From positions 1 to 47,460 of the forward strand of contig BTVV01000042.1 in NCBI GenBank assembly GCA_045863855.1: a DNA stretch of 47,460 bases. Direction: 5' to 3'. The translations under genes and the position numbers were made by a program. Under the pieces are notes generated by a model. The model was not told the origin of the DNA, did not search any database, and was given only the letters and a program-made list of their open reading frames with translations. This document shows, in pieces, positions 10,509 to 19,584 of the stretch (position 1 is its first letter; the number at the start of each line of letters is the position of its first letter). Source of the DNA: Planctomycetota bacterium. Its GTDB lineage: Bacteria > Planctomycetota > SZUA-567 > H5-PLA8.

Positions 10509-11279
10509 TTACGCCGAGAGACTGCGCCAGAGGTCGCGAATCTCTTCCTCGACCTCTTCTTCGCACGAGACGTAACTGCGAATCTCTTTGCGCAACAGGT
10601 CGCGATAGATGTTCTTGGCGCGGTGCAGGTAGTTGGTCACGTCGATCTCGCTGAGCTTCAGGCGTTCGGCGATATCCTTATAGGAAGGCCGGCGGCCTTC
10701 GGCTTCGGCGCCGAAGAACTGCTCGCGCAAAACATCGTAGTATTGCGTTTTGCCTTCCTCTTTGCAGGCCGCCTCAAGACTCTTGAAGACGCGCTCCAGC
10801 AGCGCCTGAGCCCAGTGGCGGTTAAAGGCGTCTTCGGGCGTCTCGCCTTTGCTGGGTTCATAGCCCGTGCCCACTTCTTCGTCTTTGAGCGAATCGAGGC
10901 TCTGGAGCGGCTTCAGCGCGCCGCCGCGCTTGAGTGCCTTACCGCGGGCATGCTCGTTGTAAAGGAAGCGCGTCAGCGCCGTGAGCAGGAAGGTGCGGAA
11001 GCGCCCCTTTTCGCGGTCCACCTTCTTAAGGAAGTTCTTTTCCAGGAAGAGCGCAAAGAACTCCTGGGTCAGATCCTTGGCTTGTTCGTGCGTCTTGCCT
11101 TTGCTGCGCACGAAAAGGTAGACAGGCTTCCAGTAGATCTCGACCAGATAGTCGAGACTGGTCTTGAACTGGCTGTCGTTAGGATCCTTCGCCGCCAGCA
11201 CCACGGTCCAGGCGGTGGTCTGGAAACGCCCCGCTCCGGGCCCGGGCAAATTGCTGGAAGGAAGATACTTGAAGGCCAT
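10509..11279 (-). CDS. ECF-type sigma-70 factor of the PVC kinase-associated type
   Basis: FQTTAWTVV, YWKPVYLFVR, AKDLTQEFF, GRFRTFLL, KRGG, region-4 SYKDIAERLKLSEIDVTNYLHRAK, EEVEEEIRDL. Confidence 0.85.
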   Translation of the reverse strand: MAFKYLPSSNLPGPGAGRFQTTAWTVVLAAKDPNDSQFKTSLDYLVEIYWKPVYLFVRSKGKTHEQAKDLTQEFFALFLEKNFLKKVDREKGRFRTFLLTALTRFLYNEHARGKALKRGGALKPLQSLDSLKDEEVGTGYEPSKGETPEDAFNRHWAQALLERVFKSLEAACKEEGKTQYYDVLREQFFGAEAEGRRPSYKDIAERLKLSEIDVTNYLHRAKNIYRDLLRKEIRSYVSCEEEVEEEIRDLWRSLSA

Positions 11280-11370
11280 GGGCGGCCCCTCACGCGCTTA
11301 AAAGAGTCCAACCGTAAGCGGAGTATACACGGTTTGCCGCCGGCTCACCATAGGGTGAACTTCGCCCCGT

Positions 11371-12534
11371 TCAGTCCCGGTCGTGGTCTCGCAGGCCCAT
11401 GTATTCGGGCCAGTTGACGTAAAGCCCGCTGCGGTCGATTACGTCCCACTCGCGGTCTTTCAGCACCAGCGCGTGCCCGCGCTCGAACGGCAGCCCCCAG
11501 TCGAAGCGCCGCCAGACAGCCCATTCGCCTTTCGGATCCAGGTACCCGTAACGCGCCTCCAGGACGGCGCCGGCGCGCTGTTCGCGAAACGACTCCGCGT
11601 GCTCGAACTCGATCGGGATCGCGACGCGTCCTTCGCGGTCCACGAAGCCCCAGCGATCTCCGCGCCGCACTGCGGCCAGCGCTTCCGAAAAGTCGCGCAC
11701 TTCCTCGAAGCGCGGCTCGATGCGTATGCGTCCGTCGCGGTCGACGAAGCCCCACAGTCCGCCGCGGCGGAAGGCGGCGCGCTCTTCGCGAAAATCGCGC
11801 ACTTCCTCCAGTTGCGCGGGCACCCGAAGCTTGCCGGACTCGTCCACAAAGCCCCAGGCGCGCCCCACGCGCACGGCGGCGCGACCGTCGTGGAACGCGC
11901 GCGCTTCTTGATAGACCGGCTCGACGACCCAGCGCCCTTCTTCGTTCAGAAAGCCCCAGCGCGCGTTTTGAGGCGCCGCGACCCAGCAACCGCCGCGCAG
12001 CTCCTTATAGAGTCGCTTGGGGCAGGTAGCCGCCGCTTCGCCCACTTGGCAGGTAAAGGAGCGCGTGCGGCAGACCGCTTCGACGCGCAGCGCTTCGGGC
12101 ACGCGCTCCAGTTCTTCCAGGCGCAACAACGGGAGCTTGAGATGAACTTCGTACCACGGCCAAGCTACCGTCACGCCTTTCAGATTCATGTGCGTGCCTT
12201 CGACGAAGGCGGCTTGCGAACTGAGGATCACGTCGTTGTAGCCTTCGACGGCAATGGGCTTGGAGAGGACCAGGAAGTCGTTGAAGTATTCGAGCCAAGC
12301 CTGGCGGTCCTTGGCCGCGGGCGGCGCGTAGCGCCGGGCGGCGGAAGGTTTCAGACGCGTATCGAACGAAAAGAAGATCTTGCAGCCAAAGAGCCGCTCG
12401 TAGCGCTCGACGGCTTCGCCCAGCGTAAGCTTCTCGGCGGGCGGCGCGGCGGCGGGTTCGCCGCCGGCGCAAGCCGCCAGAACCACACACGCGAGCGTCA
12501 GCCCGGTGCGCCGGGCGGCGCCGAAGGCGTTCAT
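11371..12534 (-). CDS. WG-repeat (KWG) protein, possible lipoprotein
   Basis: Start at ATG 12534 overlapping the cupin stop; LAAC lipobox-like signal; 5-6 repeats of WGFVD..G...I...F..A..F..G.A.V. Confidence 0.8.
   Translation of the reverse strand: MNAFGAARRTGLTLACVVLAACAGGEPAAAPPAEKLTLGEAVERYERLFGCKIFFSFDTRLKPSAARRYAPPAAKDRQAWLEYFNDFLVLSKPIAVEGYNDVILSSQAAFVEGTHMNLKGVTVAWPWYEVHLKLPLLRLEELERVPEALRVEAVCRTRSFTCQVGEAAATCPKRLYKELRGGCWVAAPQNARWGFLNEEGRWVVEPVYQEARAFHDGRAAVRVGRAWGFVDESGKLRVPAQLEEVRDFREERAAFRRGGLWGFVDRDGRIRIEPRFEEVRDFSEALAAVRRGDRWGFVDREGRVAIPIEFEHAESFREQRAGAVLEARYGYLDPKGEWAVWRRFDWGLPFERGHALVLKDREWDVIDRSGLYVNWPEYMGLRDHDRD
11425..11958 (-). repeat. Intragenic 102-bp (34-aa) WG-repeat array
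   Basis: AAGCCCCA (WGF codons on the minus strand) recurs at 11645, 11747, 11849 and 11951, exactly 102 bp apart. Confidence 0.8.
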
Positions 12535-12851
12535 GAGCGGATCATCACCAGCAGCATCTTGAATTTGGACTCGGCCTTCAGCGCGTGCGGCACCTGAGCC
12601 GGAAAGCGGACCAACTGGCCGGTCTCGATCGTCTGAGGCTGCCCGCCAAGCGTCACGCGCGCCCGGCCTTCGACGGCATATACCAAGGCGTCGAACGGTG
12701 CGGTGTGCTCGCTCAATTCCTGGCCGACATCGAACGCAAACAAGGTCACGTTGCCCGTCGGCTGGCGCAACAACACGCGGCTGACGATGGCGCCGTCCTG
12801 CCAAGCCACCAAGCCGGCCAGCCCCGCCGCTTGCGTCAAATCGTCGCTCAT
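12531..12851 (-). CDS. Small cupin-domain protein
   Basis: GAIVSRVLL, VTLFAFDVGQELSEHTAPFDA, VPHALKA, FKMLLVMIR; start at ATG 12851 behind GGAG. Confidence 0.85.
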   Translation of the reverse strand: MSDDLTQAAGLAGLVAWQDGAIVSRVLLRQPTGNVTLFAFDVGQELSEHTAPFDALVYAVEGRARVTLGGQPQTIETGQLVRFPAQVPHALKAESKFKMLLVMIRS

Positions 12852-12949
12852 CAGTCGGACTCCGCAGCTTCGCGTTATAGATTCTAGCGCGATCGAGCGC
12901 AACGGGCGCGGCGGCGTTTGTCCTACTCAGCCGCGCGCGAAGGTATAGC

Positions 12950-14314
12950 ATGAACGTCTGGCTCATGAATACCACGCAAAGCGCCGCCCCCTCCGAAGCA
13001 CCGGCCCAAGCGGCGCCAGCCGCCGGCTCGCCGCTCGATCCTAGCCCTCTCCAGCGACGCGGGATGCGCGCTTGCATCCTGGGCCAAGGTTTCGGCTGCC
13101 TCGCGCATTGTTCGTTCTCTAACGGCCTGCTGCTGCTGTTCCTGACGCAGCTCGGGATTTCCAGCGCGAGCACCATCACGTACTTGGCGCTCCCCAACAT
13201 GCTCCAAGCGGTGCTTCTGCTGCCCCTGGCCTTCCTGGCCGACCGCGTGGGCATGAAGCGCCTGGGCATCCCGGGCATGGTCCTGACCGCGCTGGGATTT
13301 CTGGGAGTCACACTGGCGGCTTCGCTGGAACCCGCGCTCTCCCACCCCATCGCTTTCGGCGGTTTGACGTTGTACGGCTTGGGCTGGGGCTTGTACGGAG
13401 CGAGTTGGTTCGCGCTGCTGAGTCCCGTCGTGCCGGCGCATATGCGCGGGCGCTTCTTCGGAACGATGCGCTTTGTCTGGCAATTGGCCGGCCTTCTGTT
13501 CGGCATCGCGTGCAGCTTCCTGCTCTCTCAAGCCGCACCGGCCTACACCTACCAGATCATCTTGGGCGTGATCGTGGTGGGGCTCGCCATCCGAGTCTAT
13601 TACTACGCGCGGATTCCCGAACTCGAGCCGCCGCAGTCGAAACGCGACGGGTTATTGGAACGCATGGGGACGATCATGCGGGCGCCGGGTTACGCATCCT
13701 TCTGCTGCTATGCGTTTCTGATCAGCCTCTTCACTTACAACGCACCCAACTTGTTCGGCCTCGTCGAAAAGAAGACCCTCCACTTCAGCGACGGCGAAGT
13801 CGTCTGGATGGGCAACCTCCTGATGCTCGGATCCATCGCCGGGTATTACGTAGGCGGAAAGGCCATCGATCGCTGGGGCACCAAGAGCGTTTTTCTGCTC
13901 TGCCATTTCGCCTTCGCGGGCGTCCTGGCGGCCTTTCTGCTGCGCGGACTCGTCCCGCTTCCGATGGTCGGCTATCTGGGTGCACTGAATTTGCTCTTCG
14001 GCATGTTGCTGGCGGCGAGCAACGTCGCGATCAGCACCGAGATGCTGGCGCTGATCCCTGCGGAAGGAAAATCGGTCTCGACTGCGCTGTGCATGACCTT
14101 GGTCGCCGGCGGCCAAGCGATGTCGGGGTTCTTTGCCGCGGCGGGCATCGAGCTGGGATTATTCCGGGAAAGCTGGGCGCTGCTGGGCCACGCGCTGGGC
14201 GTCTACGATGCGCTGCTGCTGATCTACGGCGTAATGGTCTTCGTGATGGTGGTCGCCTTGGGGCTCGTCCCTTCGGTGCTGCGCAAAGCCGAATGGGCGC
14301 CGCGCGGAATGTGA
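12950..14314 (+). CDS. MFS transporter
   Basis: About 12 hydrophobic segments; motif A twice (LADRVGMKR, GKAIDRWGTK); RGRFFG. Start could be 12950 or 12965. Confidence 0.85.
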   Translation: MNVWLMNTTQSAAPSEAPAQAAPAAGSPLDPSPLQRRGMRACILGQGFGCLAHCSFSNGLLLLFLTQLGISSASTITYLALPNMLQAVLLLPLAFLADRVGMKRLGIPGMVLTALGFLGVTLAASLEPALSHPIAFGGLTLYGLGWGLYGASWFALLSPVVPAHMRGRFFGTMRFVWQLAGLLFGIACSFLLSQAAPAYTYQIILGVIVVGLAIRVYYYARIPELEPPQSKRDGLLERMGTIMRAPGYASFCCYAFLISLFTYNAPNLFGLVEKKTLHFSDGEVVWMGNLLMLGSIAGYYVGGKAIDRWGTKSVFLLCHFAFAGVLAAFLLRGLVPLPMVGYLGALNLLFGMLLAASNVAISTEMLALIPAEGKSVSTALCMTLVAGGQAMSGFFAAAGIELGLFRESWALLGHALGVYDALLLIYGVMVFVMVVALGLVPSVLRKAEWAPRGM

Positions 14315-14362
14315 CGCGGTGTATGCGGTGACCGTGGCGGTTCGTTAAATGGGAGGCGTCCG

Positions 14363-15496
14363 ATGCGATACATGGTCCTGGGACTGCTGGCGCTCACAAG
14401 CATGCTGGCGTCGGGCGAAGAGGTGCTGGAGGGCGACAGCCCGGCTCTGGCGGTAAAAATCGCCGCGAACGATCCGCATCTCCTTTATACGGGGCGTTGG
14501 GAACTCAAGAACCCCTCTGCCCCGGAAGCCGAATGGCCGGGCTGCGAACTGGCCTTCACGGTCGACGGGGGCAGCGTGAATCTCGTGGCCGAAGACACGG
14601 CGGCCGGCAATCCAAGCAACGTACGCGGGCACAACGCCGACTACTTTACCGTCTGCGTCGGCGACGCGGAGCCGGCGGTCCTGGCCGCGCATAAGGGCCG
14701 CACGGTCTACCGGTTGGCCGGCAATCTGCCCAAGGGTCGCCATACGATCCGCGTCTTCAAGCGCACCGAGGCGTATCACGGGAAGGTCAAGGTGCTGGGC
14801 TTGCAGCTCGATCAAGGCCACGCGCTGCTCGAAGCGCCGCCGCGGCCCGAACGGCGCATCGAGTTCATCGGCGATTCGATCACCTGCGGATACGGGAACG
14901 AAGCACCGGCCCAGACCGAACGTTCGAGCGCGATCACGAAAAACAATTACCTCGCCTACGGGGCCGTCGCAGCGCGCGCGGTGAAAGCCGAATACGTCTG
15001 CACCGCCTGGTCGGGCATGGGCGTCTTTCAGAATTACGGCGGCAAGCGCGGCGTGGACCTGATGCCCGACTATTATCTGCGCACGCTGCCGACACAGAAA
15101 GAGAGCCGCTGGGACTTCAAGCGCTGGACGCCGCACGTCGTCGTGATCAATCTCGGCACCAACGACTTCTCGCCCAAGGAGCCCCCGACGCAGCAGGAGT
15201 TCAACACCGCCTACGACGGACTGGTCTCCACCGTACGCGCGAACTACCCCGACGCGCAGATCGTCTGCTCGGTGGGCAGCATGATGAGCGGCTCGAAACT
15301 GGAATTGGTGCGCGGCTACTTGGCGGCGCTGATCGAAGCGCGTAAACAAAAGGGTGATACCAAACTTCACTATGTCGAGTTCGAACCGCAAAAGATGGAG
15401 GACGGGATCGGCGCGGATTGGCATCCCAGCGTCAAGACGCATGCCAAAATGGCGGCGGTCCTGACGGCCAAACTAAAGGAGGTAGCGGGCTGGTAG
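14363..15496 (+). CDS. Secreted SGNH/GDSL esterase (CE2 acetyl-xylan-esterase-like)
   Basis: Signal peptide; YTGRW..WPG, KRTE, IEFIGDSITCGYG, AWSGMG, VINLGTNDF, GADWHPS. Confidence 0.85.
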   Translation: MRYMVLGLLALTSMLASGEEVLEGDSPALAVKIAANDPHLLYTGRWELKNPSAPEAEWPGCELAFTVDGGSVNLVAEDTAAGNPSNVRGHNADYFTVCVGDAEPAVLAAHKGRTVYRLAGNLPKGRHTIRVFKRTEAYHGKVKVLGLQLDQGHALLEAPPRPERRIEFIGDSITCGYGNEAPAQTERSSAITKNNYLAYGAVAARAVKAEYVCTAWSGMGVFQNYGGKRGVDLMPDYYLRTLPTQKESRWDFKRWTPHVVVINLGTNDFSPKEPPTQQEFNTAYDGLVSTVRANYPDAQIVCSVGSMMSGSKLELVRGYLAALIEARKQKGDTKLHYVEFEPQKMEDGIGADWHPSVKTHAKMAAVLTAKLKEVAGW

Positions 15497-15535
15497 CGCA
15501 CTTAACCGTATCCGTCAAAAGCACTTAGCCCTGTA

Positions 15536-15564
15536 TTGACGCACAGGTGCGTTGAATCTAAACT
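15536..15564 (+). promoter_or_regulatory. Putative sigma-70 promoter of ispG
   Basis: TTGACG-17 bp-TAAACT ending 42 bp upstream of the ATG. Confidence 0.55.
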
Positions 15565-15606
15565 GGTTGAGGTTGCTTTATTCGGGGCACCAGGAGCCGC
15601 GCGCGC

Positions 15607-16854
15607 ATGTCCGTCGTCAAGCGTCATCAGACCGTAGGCGTGAAGGTGGGCGGGATCACCGTCGGAGGCGGTTCGCCGGTGGTGGTGCAGTCGATGGCCA
15701 ACACCGACACGGCCGATCCGGTCTCCACGTCGCAGCAGGTCTTCGAACTGGCCGAGGCCGGAAGCGAACTGGTCCGCATCACGGTCAACACACCCGAAGC
15801 GGCGGCCGCCGTGCCGGAGATTCGTAAGCGCCTGCACGACCGCGGCTGCAGCGTTCCCCTGATCGGAGACTTCCACTTCAACGGGCACAAACTCCTGACC
15901 GACTATCCCGAGTGCGCGCGGACGCTCGACAAGTACCGCATCAACCCCGGCAACGTCGGGCGCGGCAAGAAGCGCGACGAACAGTTCTCGACGATTTGCA
16001 AGCACGCCGTCGACCACAACAAGCCCGTGCGCATCGGCGTCAACGCCGGCTCGCTGAATCAGGAACTGGTCGTCGCCAAGATGGACGAAGCGGTGCGCAG
16101 CGGGAGCGGCAAAGACCCCGACACGATCATCGACGAATGCATGATCATCAGCGCACTGCAGTCGACCGAACTGGCCCAGCAGTGCGGCCTGCGCAAGAAC
16201 CAGATCATCATCTCCTGCAAGATCAGCAAGCCAACGCACCTGATTACGCTGTACCGCGAATTGGCGACGAAGACCGAGCAACCGCTGCATTTGGGACTCA
16301 CCGAAGCGGGGATGGGCATGAAGGGCGTGGTCTGGTCGGCCGCCCCGATGGGCATTCTGCTGTGGGACGGCATCGGCGACACGATCCGCGTGAGCCTGAC
16401 GCCCAAGCCCGGCGGAGACCGGCGCGAGGAAGTCTACGCGGCGCAGGAGATCCTGCAGAGTCTGGGGCTGCGCAGCTTCGCGCCGTCGATTACCGCCTGC
16501 CCCGGCTGCGGGCGGACCACCAGCACGACCTTCCAGGAGCTGGCTCAAGAAATCGAACTGCACGTGAAGCGCATGATGCCCCAATGGCGCCAGCGCTACG
16601 AAGGCTTCGAAGATTTGACGCTCGCCGTGATGGGCTGCGTCGTCAACGGCCCCGGCGAATCGAAGGCCGCGAACATCGGCATCAGCCTGCCCGGCACCGG
16701 CGAAGCGCCGCACTGCCCCGTCTACATCGACGGCAAGAACCACACGACCCTCAACGGTACGCCCCAGGAACTCTCCGTCGCCTTCAAGAAGCTGGTGGAC
16801 GATTACGTCGAGCGCAAGTACGCGAAGCACGAAGCCTCCGCGCCGGCGAACTGA
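15607..16854 (+). CDS. ispG: (E)-4-hydroxy-3-methylbut-2-enyl-diphosphate synthase (MEP pathway)
   Basis: VVQSM.NTDTAD, GDFHFNGH, RINPGN, RIGVNAGSL, LHLGLTEAG, GIGDTIRVSLTP, ACPGCGRT, AVMGCVVNGPGES. Confidence 0.97.
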   Translation: MSVVKRHQTVGVKVGGITVGGGSPVVVQSMANTDTADPVSTSQQVFELAEAGSELVRITVNTPEAAAAVPEIRKRLHDRGCSVPLIGDFHFNGHKLLTDYPECARTLDKYRINPGNVGRGKKRDEQFSTICKHAVDHNKPVRIGVNAGSLNQELVVAKMDEAVRSGSGKDPDTIIDECMIISALQSTELAQQCGLRKNQIIISCKISKPTHLITLYRELATKTEQPLHLGLTEAGMGMKGVVWSAAPMGILLWDGIGDTIRVSLTPKPGGDRREEVYAAQEILQSLGLRSFAPSITACPGCGRTTSTTFQELAQEIELHVKRMMPQWRQRYEGFEDLTLAVMGCVVNGPGESKAANIGISLPGTGEAPHCPVYIDGKNHTTLNGTPQELSVAFKKLVDDYVERKYAKHEASAPAN

Positions 16855-16983
16855 CCGTTCAGCGCACCGCCCGGAAGCCCGTCGTTCACCGCGCGCCAGC
16901 CGGGCAGACCGTTTTATGCCACGCCAAGTATTCACTCGGCGCCACGGCCACCCCAAATTTTTAGAGGACAGAAAAGATACCGC

Positions 16984-17484
16984 TCAGACGCTCAGGTCGA
17001 GCTTCCGGCGGATGTCTTCCCACGGCGCGCGGTAGAGACGCACTTCCAGCTTGGTGAGTTCGGCCAGTTCCTGTTCGAGATCCTTGCGCGTGGGATTGGC
17101 GCAGGCGACGCAGAGCAGGTCGCCCAAGTTCTCGAAGGCCACCACTTCCTTCTCTTGGCAGTACTCGAGCGGCAGGATGCGGATCGCCTTGCCGTCGATC
17201 GGGAAGAAGCGCAGGAATACGCGGGGCAGGTGGCCTTGCTTGCGCAGCGCTTCGGCGACGGCGGCCTCTTCGACCCCGTATTCGTCGCGCAAAATACGCC
17301 CCAACGGTAGAAACGTCTGGCGCTGCGCGGCCAAGGCCGCGTCCAAGGCTTCCTCGGTGAGTGCACCGGCTTCGATCAGCAACCGGCCCAGCGGCTGGCC
17401 GTCCTTGCGCCGCTTCTTGCTCGCTCCGGACTTGCGTCCTTTGCCCGGCTGCTGACCCAGCAGGTTGATCCGCGCGTGCGCCAT
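16984..17484 (-). CDS. Stand-alone MshEN / T2SSE_N (GspE N-terminal) domain protein
   Basis: Tandem motifs PLGRLLIEAGALTEEALDAALAAQ and PLGRILRDEYGVEEAAVAEALRKQ, then the T2SSE_N core (ILPLEYCQEKEVVAF, LCVACANP); no ATPase domain; start uncertain. Confidence 0.7.
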   Translation of the reverse strand: MAHARINLLGQQPGKGRKSGASKKRRKDGQPLGRLLIEAGALTEEALDAALAAQRQTFLPLGRILRDEYGVEEAAVAEALRKQGHLPRVFLRFFPIDGKAIRILPLEYCQEKEVVAFENLGDLLCVACANPTRKDLEQELAELTKLEVRLYRAPWEDIRRKLDLSV

Positions 17485-17574
17485 ACAATTGGGATACCCC
17501 TCTTTTTCCCCATGCGCAAGCATATTCCAATACCCGCCGGTCCGGGACGACTCACGTGTGCAGCGCGATTGCGC

Positions 17575-17603
17575 TTGACGCGCGCCGAATCGAGGGCTAA
17601 AGT
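17575..17603 (+). promoter_or_regulatory. Putative sigma-70 promoter of the metal-uptake operon
   Basis: TTGACG-17 bp-TAAAGT upstream of the DtxR-family gene. Confidence 0.6.
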
Positions 17604-17633
17604 TAGCTCGAGTTAAGTTAGACAAAGGAAACT
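17601..17633. promoter_or_regulatory. Two overlapping candidate DtxR/MntR-family operator boxes
   Basis: AGTTAGCTCGAGTTAAGT (17601-17618, 7 of 9 positions palindromic) and AGTTAGACAAAGGAAACT (17616-17633), overlapping the -10 element and the region just downstream. Confidence 0.55.
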
Positions 17634-17652
17634 CCAGTCCGGAAACGCTGCG

Positions 17653-18159
17653 ATGGCGAGCCTCTTGAAAAACGGAAAGCCCGGCGCCGCCACTTCGCGC
17701 ACGCTCAGCGCCAACATGGAAGATTACCTCGAGGCGATCTACTGCCTCTCCGAAGACAAAGGCGTTTGCCGTGCCTCGGCCGTCGCCGAACTGCTGGGCG
17801 TCAAACGCCCCAGCGTCTCGAAGGCGTTGAAACGCCTGAAAGCGCAGGGGCTGGTCACGCATTCGCCCTACGGTGAAGTCGGCATGACGCTGCGCGGACA
17901 GCAGCTCGCCCGCCAGCAGGTGCGCATCCACCGGGTTTTGACGCGCTTCATGACCGGCGTGCTCAGGCTCCCCGAGGAACTGGCCGAGCACGACGCGTGC
18001 CTGATCGAGCACGCCATCAGCCACGAAACCGTCGAACGGCTCGTGGAGTTCATCGACCACCTCGAAGAAAACGGGACATCCGCCCGTCCTTTCCGTAAAG
18101 GGCGTGCGTCCGCTGCCGGAAAAGCCGGAGCGAAGCGCAGTTGGACCAGCCGAGTATGA
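17653..18159 (+). CDS. DtxR/MntR-family metal-dependent transcriptional regulator
   Basis: MEDYLEAIY, wHTH VAELLGVKRPSVSKALKRL, PYGEVGMT, HRVL, DACLIEHAIS. Confidence 0.92.
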   Translation: MASLLKNGKPGAATSRTLSANMEDYLEAIYCLSEDKGVCRASAVAELLGVKRPSVSKALKRLKAQGLVTHSPYGEVGMTLRGQQLARQQVRIHRVLTRFMTGVLRLPEELAEHDACLIEHAISHETVERLVEFIDHLEENGTSARPFRKGRASAAGKAGAKRSWTSRV

Positions 18160-19532
18160 ATCCGGAGCCTTCCCCTATGAGCCGCCAAGCCACCTTTCAA
18201 TCTGGAACGTACGACTCCGCGCGCTTTTTCTTGGCGCTCAAAGTTAGCCTAGGGCAACTATGCGCCTGCGCGCTGCTCATCGGCTGCGCTTGCGCGCTCG
18301 CAGAAGAAGAACACACCGAGGAGCATGCCGATTCGCGCCGCCACCACCACCCGCCTCGCGACGGCGAAGCCCAAGTGGAAGCACCCGACTACTGGAGCGG
18401 CGAGCACCTCAGCGGCGACTGGAACGGCGCGCGGAGGTGGGCGCGCGAACGGGGGCTGGACTTCGAGATCGTCTACACCGGCGAAGTCATGAACCTCACC
18501 CGCGGCGGGCGCAACACGCGCGGCGCCACCGAGTACACCGGCACGCCCGACGTGATCGCCGAGTTGCATCCCGAAAAAATGGGCGGCTGGTCCGGCGGGA
18601 CGTTCTACTTCTGGTTCACCAACATCCACGGAGCGGGACTCACCGAGAGGCACCTCGGCGATTTCCAGACCATCAGCAACCTCGAAGTAGAACCCTTCAC
18701 GACGTTGTACGAATACTGGTATAAGCACGAACTCTGGGACGGACGCTTCTGGATCAAGGCCGGCAAGTTCGATGCGAACACCGATTTCGCGGCCTCCGAC
18801 TACGGCGGCGAGTTTATCCACTCTTCTTTCGGGTATCCGCCTTCGATTGTCTTCGGCACCTATCCCGATACCGGCGTAGGCGTGCAGGCCGGCTACCGCA
18901 TCAACGACTGGGCCTACGTACAGGCGATGCTCCAAGACGGCGCGCCTAACGCCGATTCGGTGAGCGGGCTGGAGCCGATGTTCGACGGGGAAGGCGGCCA
19001 CGTCTCGATCTTCGAATTCCATTTCACGCCGCCGCAGCTTCCCGAAAAACTGCCCGGCACGTACCGCTTCGGTGTCTGGCATCACACGGGCGACTTCGAA
19101 GAGATCAACGTGGACCGCGATCCGCCCGAAGAAGTCAGCAGCGGCTACGGGCTCTATGCGATCTTCGACCAGCGTTTATTCAAAGAGCGCGAAGATCCGG
19201 CGGATGAGCAGGGGCTAGGGATGTTTTTCCAGTACGCCTGGGCGCCGCAGGACCGCAGCGAGGCGCAGCACTACCTCGGCGCGGGCCTCGTGTACCGCGG
19301 AGCCATTCCGGGCCGCGACGAAGACGTCGCCGGCGCGGGCGTCGCGCACGTGCGTTTCAGCAACCGCTTGAACGAAACGCGCGCGGTCTACGAGACCGCA
19401 TTGGAGTTCTTCTACCGTGTGCAAGTGACGCCGTTTCTGTGGCTCCAGCCGCAGCTCAGCTACGTGGACAATCCGTCGGGCACGGGGCGCGACGGGTTGG
19501 CCGCGGGTTTACGCTTCGAAGTGAATTTTTAG
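18156..19532 (+). CDS. OprB-family (carbohydrate-selective) porin with His/Glu-rich N-terminus
   Basis: LSGDWNGAR, YTGEV, GDFQTISNLE, LYEYWY, KAGKFDAN.DF, YRFGVWHH, GAIPGRDEDVAG, E..LEFFYRVQVTP...LQP..SYV.NP, C-terminal Phe; ATG 18156 overlaps the regulator stop (ATGA); start uncertain. Confidence 0.8.
   Translation: MNPEPSPMSRQATFQSGTYDSARFFLALKVSLGQLCACALLIGCACALAEEEHTEEHADSRRHHHPPRDGEAQVEAPDYWSGEHLSGDWNGARRWARERGLDFEIVYTGEVMNLTRGGRNTRGATEYTGTPDVIAELHPEKMGGWSGGTFYFWFTNIHGAGLTERHLGDFQTISNLEVEPFTTLYEYWYKHELWDGRFWIKAGKFDANTDFAASDYGGEFIHSSFGYPPSIVFGTYPDTGVGVQAGYRINDWAYVQAMLQDGAPNADSVSGLEPMFDGEGGHVSIFEFHFTPPQLPEKLPGTYRFGVWHHTGDFEEINVDRDPPEEVSSGYGLYAIFDQRLFKEREDPADEQGLGMFFQYAWAPQDRSEAQHYLGAGLVYRGAIPGRDEDVAGAGVAHVRFSNRLNETRAVYETALEFFYRVQVTPFLWLQPQLSYVDNPSGTGRDGLAAGLRFEVNF
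18242..18259. promoter_or_regulatory. Third candidate DtxR-family box, in the 5' part of the porin ORF
   Basis: AGTTAGCCTAGGGCAACT, 7 of 9 positions palindromic, same AGTTAG...AACT pattern as the boxes at 17601-17633. Confidence 0.45.
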
Positions 19533-19584
19533 CCGTGGGTTCGCGGGCAAACTGCCCGCTTGGACAAAATGGAGGAGTCGAACC

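Noticed and set aside
9007..10566. 1096-aa ORF suggesting a giant kinase fusion
   Set aside because: The upstream half is the antisense shadow of the sulfatase; kinase-like sequence begins near ATG 9006
11425..11958. Regular 102-bp periodicity resembling a CRISPR or tandem array
   Set aside because: Degenerate in-frame protein repeats; no identical repeats with unique spacers and no cas genes
12535..13506. 711-aa ORF extending the WG-repeat protein
   Set aside because: The extension overlaps the cupin gene in another frame and the MFS gene antisense; a signal peptide starts at 12534
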